Source: a virus
Taxonomy: Duplodnaviria; Caudoviricetes
IMG/VR virus record: IMGVR_UViG_3300043765_000050
Location: 1-41,031 of that record
Length of the DNA stretch: 41,031 bases
Reading direction: 5' to 3' (one strand)
Positions 7,416 to 15,077 of this stretch are shown in pieces. The translations under genes and the position numbers were made by a program. Positions within the stretch are counted from its first letter, which is position 1, and each line of letters begins with the position of its first letter. The notes below the pieces were generated by a model. That model did not search any database and was not told the origin of the DNA. It saw only the letters and a program-made list of their open reading frames with translations.

Positions 7416-7657
7416 GTGCGGTTCACTCCCGGGCGCGTGTCGTGCAGTTCCTCGAAAGTCACCTGCATAGGCAGATCGTCGCGGATGCGGGCGATACGGG
7501 CACCGATCACGATCTGGTTGCAGGTATCGCAGCAGCGTCCGGTATTGATGGGCCGCGCATTGTTACCCCAGCCCACATAACGCGTACCGCAGATACTGCA
7601 GGTCTTTTCCATGTCACCACCGCGAACCGGCAGTTCCAATTTAGTCACGTCAGTCAT
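7412..7657 (-). CDS. Small Zn-binding protein (CxxC...GNN.xP...CCxxC)
   Basis: CSICG..GWGNNARP..CCDTCN; GGAG SD and GCACATGA start. Confidence 0.75.
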   Translation of the reverse strand: MTDVTKLELPVRGGDMEKTCSICGTRYVGWGNNARPINTGRCCDTCNQIVIGARIARIRDDLPMQVTFEELHDTRPGVNRT

Positions 7658-7693
7658 GTGCGTTGCTCCAAGTTATAAGTTAGGTCCAGCTTC

Positions 7694-7722
7694 AGTATAG
7701 CACGGGGGTCGGGGAAAGTCAC
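7694..7722 (-). promoter_or_regulatory. Internal sigma70-type early promoter
   Basis: GTGACT-N17-TATACT with a TGn extended -10, ~35 nt upstream of ATG 7657. Confidence 0.6.
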
Positions 7723-7723
7723 C

Positions 7724-8011
7724 TTACCTCCGATAAGGCAGCAGACGCGCCCGCCATGCGGTCAGATCCTCTCGCAGCCTGCGGCATTCCATGGCTTTGT
7801 CTTTTCCCGGCCAATCGTGCAGACAATTCAACCCGTCGTGAAAGCGCCAGATAAAGCCATGGTCCGCGGGATCCCTGCCATCACCGTAATCAACGTCCGC
7901 AATGTTGCCGTTGACCGCGACGCAGGTGCCGACCTTCACCACGCGCAAGTTGCGATAGTGAATACGGTCGCCGACCTTGGGGCCCTTGTTATCGGGTATA
8001 TCGATATTCAT
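7724..8011 (-). CDS. Hypothetical protein, possibly a small SH3/KOW-like beta domain
   Basis: CAGGAG SD, ATG 8011; KVGDRIHY...GTCVAV pattern. Confidence 0.65.
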   Translation of the reverse strand: MNIDIPDNKGPKVGDRIHYRNLRVVKVGTCVAVNGNIADVDYGDGRDPADHGFIWRFHDGLNCLHDWPGKDKAMECRRLREDLTAWRARLLPYRR

Positions 8012-8174
8012 AGCGTTTCTCCTGTAAGTCATCATCGTCATCATCATCACCATAGAAGCACCCGTCAGGCTCACAGACGCAGGTCAGCAGGTCTTCCGGG
8101 TCGCAGATACTGTCCGGGATATCGGGGGCATCACCGATCAGGTGCGCCACCGCAATGAGTGCCAGCGCGTTCAC
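7989..8174 (-). CDS. Small acidic, Cys-containing protein with poly-Asp
   Basis: GTGA overlap at 8171-8174; sequence includes CDPEDLLTCVCEPDGCFYGDDDDDDD. Confidence 0.55.
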   Translation of the reverse strand: MNALALIAVAHLIGDAPDIPDSICDPEDLLTCVCEPDGCFYGDDDDDDDLQEKRYEYRYTR

Positions 8175-8626
8175 GATTGCACCGCCTGCAGCAGATCCGC
8201 CGCCGTGAACACTGCACCACCCGGACACGGGCCCTTCGGTGCCGGCTTCGGGCTCGTCACCTTGGTACCACCGCCACCGTTGCCGTTGTCGCGGTGATCC
8301 TCCGTGCCGACCGCTCGCCCCAGCATCAGAGCCGCCGCGTAACCGCGCACCGTGTCCGCTGCGGGGCCGTTGTACTCACTCATGTAGTACCCCAGCGCCT
8401 GCAACGTATCGGCAGGGAGCGCGGCTAATGAGCCCTCAACGCGGAACACCTGCCGGCGGAGTTTGGCGCGTGCAGCTTCAGGATCCCGGCTGCGGTCGGT
8501 CACGTCGTACCCCTGCCGGTAGCCCGCGAGCGCGCAAGTGGACAGCAGGTGCACTTCGACACGATCAGGGAAGGTGAGAAAGAACGTCCCGGGCATGAGC
8601 CGCGGGGAATCAGCATTGGCTTTCAT
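8171..8626 (-). CDS. Hypothetical protein
   Basis: AGGAG SD and GCACATGA start. Confidence 0.75.
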   Translation of the reverse strand: MKANADSPRLMPGTFFLTFPDRVEVHLLSTCALAGYRQGYDVTDRSRDPEAARAKLRRQVFRVEGSLAALPADTLQALGYYMSEYNGPAADTVRGYAAALMLGRAVGTEDHRDNGNGGGGTKVTSPKPAPKGPCPGGAVFTAADLLQAVQS

Positions 8627-8664
8627 GTGCGTATCACTCCTAGAGGGGGGTTGCCTGTATCCCT

Positions 8665-8706
8665 CGCACTGAACCCGCCAGTATCCTTACCGGCAGGCTC
8701 AGTACG
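8665..8706 (-). other. 19-bp RNA hairpin with AGGA tetraloop (possible RNase III or processing site)
   Basis: CGTACTGAGCCTGCCGGTA-AGGA-TACTGGCGGGTTCAGTGCG is fully paired on the minus strand, including 4 G-U pairs. Confidence 0.75.
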
Positions 8707-8712
8707 TGAGCC

Positions 8713-9735
8713 TCAGGCGGCGACCTTCACCTGCGTCAGCAGCTTGTAGGCCCGGGCCTTGAGTGCGGCTGCGTCACCGAACATATTGGAGGCCACGCGG
8801 GCCGCATCCGAACCATCCCCCGCTGTGTCGCGCACTGTCTTGACGTGCGTGGCGTAGAAGGTGACAGCGTTGAACGCACCCCACTTGGTGCCGCGGACCG
8901 CTCCGGGGGCATTGGTGTAGGCGTCGGTAAGCGCGCGGACGGCATTTTCGGCACGGGTAGACAGAATCGACGAGCCATCAGGCCGCGTCACGCCCAGCTT
9001 GCTGATGTCGATTTCCAGCACCTCACCGAAGAACGTGACCAATTGCCGCGGAGTCATCTCGGTCGCTGCCATCTTGTTGAATTGCTCAACCACCAGCGCA
9101 CCGCCCGCCCGGGCACGCTCGACAAGCTGCACCAGTTCGCGGGGATTCAGGATCTCGGTGCTGGCGCGGATGCTGCGCAGGTAACCGTCCCGGCCTGCCT
9201 CACCGACCGCCGCGTCGTAGGTGTTGTTGCAGACCACGCGAATGGTACCGGTGAGCGCCTTGGTGCCGTGCTGCTTGTCGTAGCCGGTGGCGAGGGTGAT
9301 GTAGGGACGGAGGATATCGTTGCCGACGCGCATTTCCCCCGGGACTTCCGCGCAGACCACGATGATGCGACCGCCGCGAAGCGAGCAGCCGTGCGTGATT
9401 TCCATCTCATTGGCCGCCAGTGCATCGCGGAAGGCCTCAAAGATGTGGACTGGCTGGCGGTTCGTGAGGTGGTAACGGTCATCCGAAGTCACCGACAAGG
9501 CTTTGCCGTTGTCGGAGCGGAACTGCCCTGCGTAGCCGGGCACCTCTTTGTACCAAATCTCGCCCGCCTCGCTGACCATCTTGCGAAACAGGGTTTCGGA
9601 TTTCACCGTCCACGGGCAGCACAGGGCCGCGATTTTGTCGGGCTCTTTGCGGATCTCTTTCGGGATGCCGATGCCCTTACCCGTCCAGCCTGCGCCAGCG
9701 GAGCCGAAAACTGCAGTTTCAATATTGTCGCTCAT
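8713..9735 (-). CDS. DUF932 family phage/plasmid-like protein
   Basis: W...G, G.L.GG...., L.TGYD, IRVVCNNT and GTKWGAFNAVT.Y..H motifs; first gene after the leftward promoter; TGCACATGAG start context. Confidence 0.85.
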   Translation of the reverse strand: MSDNIETAVFGSAGAGWTGKGIGIPKEIRKEPDKIAALCCPWTVKSETLFRKMVSEAGEIWYKEVPGYAGQFRSDNGKALSVTSDDRYHLTNRQPVHIFEAFRDALAANEMEITHGCSLRGGRIIVVCAEVPGEMRVGNDILRPYITLATGYDKQHGTKALTGTIRVVCNNTYDAAVGEAGRDGYLRSIRASTEILNPRELVQLVERARAGGALVVEQFNKMAATEMTPRQLVTFFGEVLEIDISKLGVTRPDGSSILSTRAENAVRALTDAYTNAPGAVRGTKWGAFNAVTFYATHVKTVRDTAGDGSDAARVASNMFGDAAALKARAYKLLTQVKVAA

Positions 9736-9786
9736 GTGCATCGTCCTTCTGTTACTGGGTCGGCGTGATTGCTTCCCATGGGTTGT

Positions 9787-9815
9787 AATCTACTCTCGAT
9801 TAAACCTCATGTCAA
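9787..9815 (-). promoter_or_regulatory. Leftward sigma70 promoter (PL-like)
   Basis: TTGACA (9815-9810), 17-nt spacer, TAGATT (9792-9787). Confidence 0.75.
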
Positions 9816-9870
9816 GTTTCCTTTACTCGTTGCACATATGGACGCTGAGGTGAGGTATGCTGCTGGAACT

Positions 9871-10128
9871 ATGAAAACCGCTGACGCACTCGCGTTCTAC
9901 AAAGACAACGGAGCTACACTCGCCCGCGCCGCCGGGGTAAGCCGACAGGCGATGTATCAGTGGGGTGAGTACGTGCCGGAAGCGGTAGCGCGACGGCTCG
10001 ATGAATTGACCGGCGGCAGGCTGGCGTTCAAGTCCGACGATTACGTGAAGGTGCGCAAAGCTTTCCGCCGCCTGCAGGCCCGCAATAGGTTGAAGGTGGT
10101 CAAGTCACAGTCTGCCCGGGACGGGTAG
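9871..10128 (+). CDS. cro: Cro/YdaS-like HTH transcriptional regulator
   Basis: MKTADALAFY..GATLARAAGVSRQAMYQWGEYVP...L..LT.G.L is a classic Cro-like pattern; divergent from PL; TATGCT lies 9 nt upstream, suggesting a nearly leaderless mRNA. Confidence 0.8.
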   Translation: MKTADALAFYKDNGATLARAAGVSRQAMYQWGEYVPEAVARRLDELTGGRLAFKSDDYVKVRKAFRRLQARNRLKVVKSQSARDG

Positions 10129-10412
10129 GGGCAAAGGTGAAAGGCCCCGAGGACCGTTGCACTCAGCGCCCCGGGGCCCTAACCGATCAACCCTCGGTCA
10201 ACGGGTAGGGGACTTAGATCTAGTCCGGGCCCAGCATATAGCGTGAGCGTGTGAACGTGCAATGAACGTGCCACATAATATGCGGAATGTTTATGCGTGG
10301 ACTTCCCGAACCGCTCTTTTTCTGATAGCGTGGCGGACGGGGAGGGAGGGGAACACCCGGACACTTCACTCTTAAGAGACTTCACTCACTATAGCAGAAA
10401 AGGAAACGCACC

Positions 10413-10748
10413 ATGCCTGAATGCAAGATCTGCAAACAACCTATCACATTTAAAAAAATCGCAAACGGCTACCGACCCGTAAACCCGGACGGCACCGACC
10501 ACCGAGACTGTACGCAGGAGTACCGCGCACAACCTGATGTTGATCTGAACGAATCGCTCCCGGGCTGGCACCTCACTCACAAACACCTTGAAGAAATCCG
10601 TAGAGAATGGGGCGCGGAACGGCATAAGCTATACGTACGATTGGCTCAGCTTGAGCGCACGCTCGCGACCGCGAATCCGGGCACCGAAGAATTTGAAACT
10701 GCACGTACGCTCGCTGAAACTATCCGGCCAATTATGCGAGGGTATTGA
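10413..10748 (+). CDS. Hypothetical protein with an N-terminal Zn-binding motif (CxxC...HxxC)
   Basis: AAGGA SD; CKICKQPI.F...P.NPDG..HRDC. Confidence 0.75.
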   Translation: MPECKICKQPITFKKIANGYRPVNPDGTDHRDCTQEYRAQPDVDLNESLPGWHLTHKHLEEIRREWGAERHKLYVRLAQLERTLATANPGTEEFETARTLAETIRPIMRGY

Positions 10749-11056
10749 TGTCTAGAGTAAGTCTAAAGTCTGAAAGAGGATGGGACGAGTATGCCGCGAC
10801 CAAACCCCGGGACTCCCACGCAAATGGACCTGCCGCTCCCGCCCTCACCGAAGCGCACCTTGCCGAACTTGCCCAGTCCGCTACTGCCTACACACCCGCA
10901 GAAAGAGCGGTACGGCTACGCGCGCTTGACCGCATCATTGCGACAGCGGATCCGTTATCCGCTCGATACCGCGAAGCGCTGATAGCTGCCGCGGTGCTCA
11001 GGCCATTGGTGCAGGCGGAATTCACTCGCACTAATGGAACCGGGCGCGGCTACTGA
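10748..11056 (+). CDS. Hypothetical protein whose C-terminal domain is paralogous to that of 10413-10748
   Basis: TGATG coupling; shared LTxxHLxE...VRL..L.R..ATAxP...RP...RGY pattern. Confidence 0.7.
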   Translation: MSRVSLKSERGWDEYAATKPRDSHANGPAAPALTEAHLAELAQSATAYTPAERAVRLRALDRIIATADPLSARYREALIAAAVLRPLVQAEFTRTNGTGRGY

Positions 11057-11230
11057 ACGGGTGCCGGTTGCGATATACCCGGGTGAGGTCTGCAGCCAAA
11101 TAGCCCCGGCCTTACCGCAATCGGTGACCCTCTACCCCACTACTGACCCCCTCGCAAAACCCTCTCCGGGGCCTCCGTAATGCGTCCTATCGAAGCCTCA
11201 GGCCGTACCCTGCGCCGCCGCCGGTCACGC

Positions 11231-11263
11231 AAAAGAAAAGGCCCCAAGCAGTGCTTAGGGCCT
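11231..11263 (-). terminator. Rho-independent terminator of the second leftward operon
   Basis: AGGCCCTAAGCA-C-TGCTTGGGGCCT followed by TTTCTTTT, just after the stop at 11296. Confidence 0.85.
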
Positions 11264-11295
11264 AGGATGCAGTAGTAGGACAATGCGCCGGCAGT

Positions 11296-11640
11296 TTACT
11301 CCTCCCCGTCCGGATTCACGTAACCCCAATTCATCAGCAGCGCTTTTGCCTTGCCTGCCTTCAGCGCCGCGGCGTGGCTGATGGTCATCTCGCGCGGCAA
11401 GTCCTGATACCCGCTCGCCAGAATTTCGTGATCCGGGATCTGCGTACCGGTTTCCCGATACTCGGTCACGGTGAGCGCATAGCCTTCCTCTACCGGGAAT
11501 TTCTGCAGGAACAGGGCATAGACGCGCCGCAGTTCCGCCATGGTGCCAATGGAGCGTTCCGCGGTCGCGAACAGGTGCAGGTAGCGTTTTTGGTTCAGGT
11601 CGGTGGTCGCCAGCTTGCTGACGTTGATTTCGTAATGCAT
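11296..11640 (-). CDS. Hypothetical phage protein (MHYEINVSK...HLFATAERS)
   Basis: AAGGA SD; ATG at 11640. Confidence 0.75.
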   Translation of the reverse strand: MHYEINVSKLATTDLNQKRYLHLFATAERSIGTMAELRRVYALFLQKFPVEEGYALTVTEYRETGTQIPDHEILASGYQDLPREMTISHAAALKAGKAKALLMNWGYVNPDGEE

Positions 11641-11651
11641 GGCGTTTCCTT

Positions 11652-12029
11652 TCAATCGGTGAGAGATAGGCCGGACTGCTGGGCAAGGTCAGGGTCAAAG
11701 CCGGTGACGGCGCGGCCCGCGAACCACTGTATCGGCGTCATCACGCCCCACTGGTACATCTCTAGCCCGGACTGGCTGCGTACCGCGGTGGCAATCAGGT
11801 TTTCAGGATCCTGATCGTCCACCGCCTTGAGCAGATCCCGCAGCATCTCCCGGTCAATGACCAGCTTGTAGAAGCGTGACTTGCCGCGCCGACCGTATTG
11901 CCCCGGGCGCCCGTCCGCCTCAATCACGACGTCATTGAATGCATCAACGGATACGTCGCTGGGCTCGAAATAGAATCGGGTGACGGTATCGGCCTTGCCG
12001 ATATTCAGCTTGGTGATAGTGAGTTTCAT
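11652..12029 (-). CDS. Hypothetical protein
   Basis: GGAGG SD and GCACATGA start. Confidence 0.75.
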   Translation of the reverse strand: MKLTITKLNIGKADTVTRFYFEPSDVSVDAFNDVVIEADGRPGQYGRRGKSRFYKLVIDREMLRDLLKAVDDQDPENLIATAVRSQSGLEMYQWGVMTPIQWFAGRAVTGFDPDLAQQSGLSLTD

Positions 12030-12063
12030 GTGCGTTTCCTCCAATGGGTGACCGGTATGGCCT

Positions 12064-12106
12064 GCCCTTCCGCCTAGGCTCCCGATGGGGGCCTAGGGGG
12101 TAGAGC
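12064..12106 (-). other. Intergenic long hairpin
   Basis: GCTCTACCCCCTAGGCCCCC-ATC-GGGAGCCTAGGCGGAAGGGC. Confidence 0.5.
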
Positions 12107-12864
12107 TACAGCCCGAGGGATGCCACCAATTGCGCTTCCGTGAGGGCTGCTGAGGCGGTAGGACGGGCAATCGGGGTAACCCGGGGGGTTGGTACAGGGT
12201 CGGCAGGCAAGGCGCTGTAGCGCGTCGCCGCGGCGTCCGTGGTCACCTCGCCCCACGGCTGACCCCAGTGCGCGGCGCAGGTCTTGCCATAGCCCACAGC
12301 GGTTGAGCGGGCATCTGTCAGCGCCAAGCCACAGAACATGCACGAGCCCGACAGCTTGGCGTACTCGCGGGCGACCGTGACAGGATCCGCGGCAAGCCGG
12401 GTCAGCAGGAGCGTGAGTTCCGCCTTGACCGCATGCCCGTCACGCCCGACCTGCAGGTCACCTTGCGGGCTGATGCGGCCAAAGAACCGGGATTGCCCGA
12501 ACGCTTCCCCGTCGGTCAGCATCAACCAGCCGGGTGTGCGGGAGCGGGAACCGGCGAGCGTGATCCGCAGCGCGGTACCGTCGGCGAACTGCAGCCAGAG
12601 CTTGGGGTACTTGAGTCCGTGCGACTGGGCGTGGTTCAGGAGCGTCACGACGCCCGCCATTGCCGGCAGTTCCGGCGGGGCATCCTTGGGGGCTGTGGCC
12701 TTGGCGAGCAGACGCTCAACGAAGGATAGCTGGGCGGGCGAGAGGTAACCGCGGGTGCGGAAACCATACTTGCCACTGATCAGATCATAGGCCTTGCTGC
12801 GGCTGTAGGGGTCAAGGTGCGGCATGGCGGTTTCAAGGGCGTTCACAGTGTCGAGGATGTTCAT
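12106..12864 (-). CDS. DUF6011-like protein with a C-terminal Zn motif
   Basis: CMFCGLALTDARSTAVGYGKTCA matches the CxxCGxxLTDxxSxxxGxGxxC pattern; AAGGAG SD and GCACATGA start. Confidence 0.75.
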   Translation of the reverse strand: MNILDTVNALETAMPHLDPYSRSKAYDLISGKYGFRTRGYLSPAQLSFVERLLAKATAPKDAPPELPAMAGVVTLLNHAQSHGLKYPKLWLQFADGTALRITLAGSRSRTPGWLMLTDGEAFGQSRFFGRISPQGDLQVGRDGHAVKAELTLLLTRLAADPVTVAREYAKLSGSCMFCGLALTDARSTAVGYGKTCAAHWGQPWGEVTTDAAATRYSALPADPVPTPRVTPIARPTASAALTEAQLVASLGL

Positions 12865-12877
12865 GTGCAAGTGCTCC

Positions 12878-13141
12878 TTAGCAGTCGATAGCGTCATAAA
12901 TCTGGTGGAGTTGATTGCGGACTTCAGTCAGAGCCCACATGCGGGCGTTGTGCTCTGCGACTGCCTTACTGAAAGCTGCGGCGGCATCAGGCTTCACGTA
13001 GTAATCACGCATGTGAGGAGCGGTGCGGCTGAGCGCAGTTAAGGCTTCATTGATAGCTGCGGATGCGTCAGCTAGTTGACTCACAAGTCCGTTACGGCTG
13101 GTGCCATTGGAATGAACGGTCGGGAGAGTGAGAGTTGTCAT
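12878..13141 (-). CDS. Hypothetical phage protein (PTVHSNGTS...APHMRDYY)
   Basis: Starts 1 nt after the upstream stop; helical composition. Confidence 0.7.
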   Translation of the reverse strand: MTTLTLPTVHSNGTSRNGLVSQLADASAAINEALTALSRTAPHMRDYYVKPDAAAAFSKAVAEHNARMWALTEVRNQLHQIYDAIDC

Positions 13142-13142
13142 G

Positions 13143-13259
13143 TCAGCCCCCCATCACGAGGCGCGCGGCCCAGTACATCCACGCGAACACGACGGTGATC
13201 GCGTAACCCGCGAGATAGGCCGACAGCACGCTGCCGACGAGGGAAAGGGTAGTTTTCAT
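13143..13259 (-). CDS. 38-aa membrane peptide (MKTTLSLVG...)
   Basis: CAGGAG SD and GCACATGA start; hydrophobic. Confidence 0.7.
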   Translation of the reverse strand: MKTTLSLVGSVLSAYLAGYAITVVFAWMYWAARLVMGG

Positions 13260-13283
13260 GTGCGATAACTCCTGTGGGTTGTG

Positions 13284-13337
13284 TGAGCGTTCAGGGTAGG
13301 AGCACCGGCACCGCCGGCCCCCTACCCTCACCGCTCA
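13284..13337 (-). other. Intergenic long interrupted hairpin
   Basis: Nested inverted repeats TGAGCG/CGCTCA, AGGGTAGG/CCTACCCT and CCGGC/GCCGG. Confidence 0.6.
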
Positions 13338-13583
13338 GGCGGCAGTTTTGGCGGCGATACGGCTGCGGATTTCGCGGTACTTGGCGACTTCAGCGTCTAC
13401 CCAATCGGAAGCCTTATCCCAGCTGATACGCGGGTAATCGGTGAGAGCGCAGCGCGCCAGCGATTCCAGTTCCAGCGCGATATTTAATTCACCGACATCG
13501 CGGGCTCTGGCGGCACGGATCAGCATGCTGCGAAGAATGTCGTTGACGCGGGCTGATAGCTTGAAAGGGTTGAAGGTGTTCAT
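13335..13583 (-). CDS. Hypothetical protein
   Basis: TAAGGA SD and GCACATGA start. Confidence 0.75.
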   Translation of the reverse strand: MNTFNPFKLSARVNDILRSMLIRAARARDVGELNIALELESLARCALTDYPRISWDKASDWVDAEVAKYREIRSRIAAKTAA

Positions 13584-13595
13584 GTGCGTGGTTCC

Positions 13596-13730
13596 TTAGA
13601 TCAATGAGTGAATGGCGTGAGTGACGAGGTGCAACAGTCCGTGACTGGCGGCAGTAGTGAGCGTGTGCAGGCTGATATGCTTCAGCGTGTGCACGGCCTT
13701 GCTGTGGCTGAGACGGGCTAGCAGTTTCAT
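13596..13730 (-). CDS. 44-aa His-rich amphipathic peptide (not in the ORF track)
   Basis: MKLLARLSHSKAVHTLKHISLHTLTTAASHGLLHLVTHAIHSLI; AAGGA SD and GCACATGA start; its stop overlaps the next SD. Confidence 0.7.
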   Translation of the reverse strand: MKLLARLSHSKAVHTLKHISLHTLTTAASHGLLHLVTHAIHSLI

Positions 13731-13769
13731 GTGCGGTGCAATCCTTGGGTTAATCAGTGAACGAGTGAG

Positions 13770-13798
13770 AAGGTACAGAAGGAAAGAATCCTTGTCAA
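13770..13798 (-). promoter_or_regulatory. Leftward sigma70 promoter of the second early operon
   Basis: TTGACA (13798-13793), 17-nt spacer, TACCTT (13775-13770). Confidence 0.7.
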
Positions 13799-13829
13799 CA
13801 CCTACACCATTATATGAGGAGTGAGAGAG

Positions 13830-14102
13830 ATGGTTCAGCAGACTTACCGGGACGCGATGCTTCCCTATGGCTCAAACCGCTGCCGCTGCCCGACCTGTGG
13901 CCTGTACTTCACCGGTGAGCGGGCTTTTGATCGGCATCGAATAGGACGCTTGCCCAGTCGGCTAGGAGAGGCGAACGAACGGAGGTGCCTGTCAGTAGCG
14001 CAGATGATCGATCGGGGCATGGCGCTGACAACCAGTGGTCACTGGGCGACAGAACGCATGACTCCTGAACAGCTTGCCCGCAAGAGCGGAAAGCTTGCCT
14101 AG
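13830..14102 (+). CDS. Phage FDXHR-type zinc-binding protein
   Basis: CPTCGLYFTGERAFDRHRIG...RRCL; GAGGAG SD before ATG 13830. Confidence 0.75.
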   Translation: MVQQTYRDAMLPYGSNRCRCPTCGLYFTGERAFDRHRIGRLPSRLGEANERRCLSVAQMIDRGMALTTSGHWATERMTPEQLARKSGKLA

Positions 14103-14197
14103 GCAGACTAGACACGTGTCAAACATCGCACCAGACGCAATAGGAGGCCCGTGGTAAGGCGCAGAAGTACCCCTATACCTTGGTACCCCCCCGATAG

Positions 14198-14286
14198 TTA
14201 TCCACAGAGTTATCCACAGGGGGGTGAAACGAGAGAAATCAGGCACTTAAGGGATGGGGATAAGTCTGGGGAAAAACTGGGGATAA
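14198..14286. promoter_or_regulatory. DnaA-box cluster (candidate replication origin)
   Basis: TTATCCACA at 14198 and 14210; inverted TGGGGATAA at 14255 and 14278 and TGGGGAAAA at 14267; in a ~700-bp stretch with no convincing ORF. Confidence 0.7.
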
Positions 14287-14837
14287 GCCGTTCAGCTTGT
14301 TCAGCATTCAATCGTGCAGTGCGATAGGTTTAAGGGTAGACATGCCGCGCTGGGGAAATTCTCGCCGTTCGGCGTGTCGTTACCGGCCCCCTTACGCCTG
14401 TCGTGCGCGCTCCCGAGCGATGTGCGTGGCATGGCTGTTGCATGGCTACAGGGGGTTGCGCAGATAGTACTTGACAAGTGCGATAGTTTCCTGATCGGTG
14501 AACTACGCAGAACCGGTACTATGTTAAATGGCTTTCCGCAAGGGACCATGGGCTCTCCGGCCTCGGACCTGCTACCGCCACACGCTTCGCTCCCGCTCCC
14601 GCAAGCCAATCGCTGAAGCCTTAGCGCAGCACGCAGCGCGCGAGCGCGGAAACCGGTTTTTCGCACCTGACGGACCTCGCTGTGCGCCACTGCCGCGGCC
14701 TGCCACCCTCCCCTCCTCCAAAAAATCTTCCGGCTTGGCAGTAAGTGCGGCGCAGCATATGGGGGGTTTCCCTTAGGGCACGTTCTTCCCCGTGAGATGA
14801 GCGTAGCGAGGCGAGTGGGGAAGTTAGGGAGTGGTCT

Positions 14838-15077
14838 ATGCGCAGGGCTTATCTCTTGGCACTTCTTCTGTTGTCACTGAGTGGTTGTGCGGATTTCGAG
14901 CGGCATGTCACCTGTGCGCCGCGCTCTCAGGTAGTGGCGTGTTTGAACGAGAGTTATCAGGCGAGTGAGTTAGGTTTAGGGCCGCAGTGCAGTGCTTTAG
15001 CGACGTGGGCACGGGCGGAAGGATGGGAAGTACAGGGAGTGTCTGGCAGTGCGCATACTCAGCCTGTTGTTAAGTAG
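14838..15077 (+). CDS. Lipoprotein
   Basis: Signal peptide MRRAYLLALLLLSLSGC with LSGC lipobox; GGGAG SD. Confidence 0.75.
   Translation: MRRAYLLALLLLSLSGCADFERHVTCAPRSQVVACLNESYQASELGLGPQCSALATWARAEGWEVQGVSGSAHTQPVVK

Noticed and set aside
8845-9768. 307-aa plus-strand ORF and other long antisense ORFs (e.g. 17722-18702, 19604-20191, 33966-34766)
   Set aside because: They are shadow frames opposite well-supported genes in GC-rich DNA, with no SD or recognisable motifs.
10143-10271. Hairpin GGCCCCG/CGGGGCC and TGAACGTGC x2 downstream of cro as replication iterons
   Set aside because: There are only two short copies and no initiator gene, which is not enough to call an origin.
14471-14499. 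TTGACA as a rightward sigma70 late promoter
   Set aside because: No acceptable -10 hexamer at 16-18 nt spacing.
13992-14776. ORFs across the 14.1-14.8 kb region
   Set aside because: They lack an SD and coherent composition; the LWITLWIT translation is just the DnaA boxes read in reverse.
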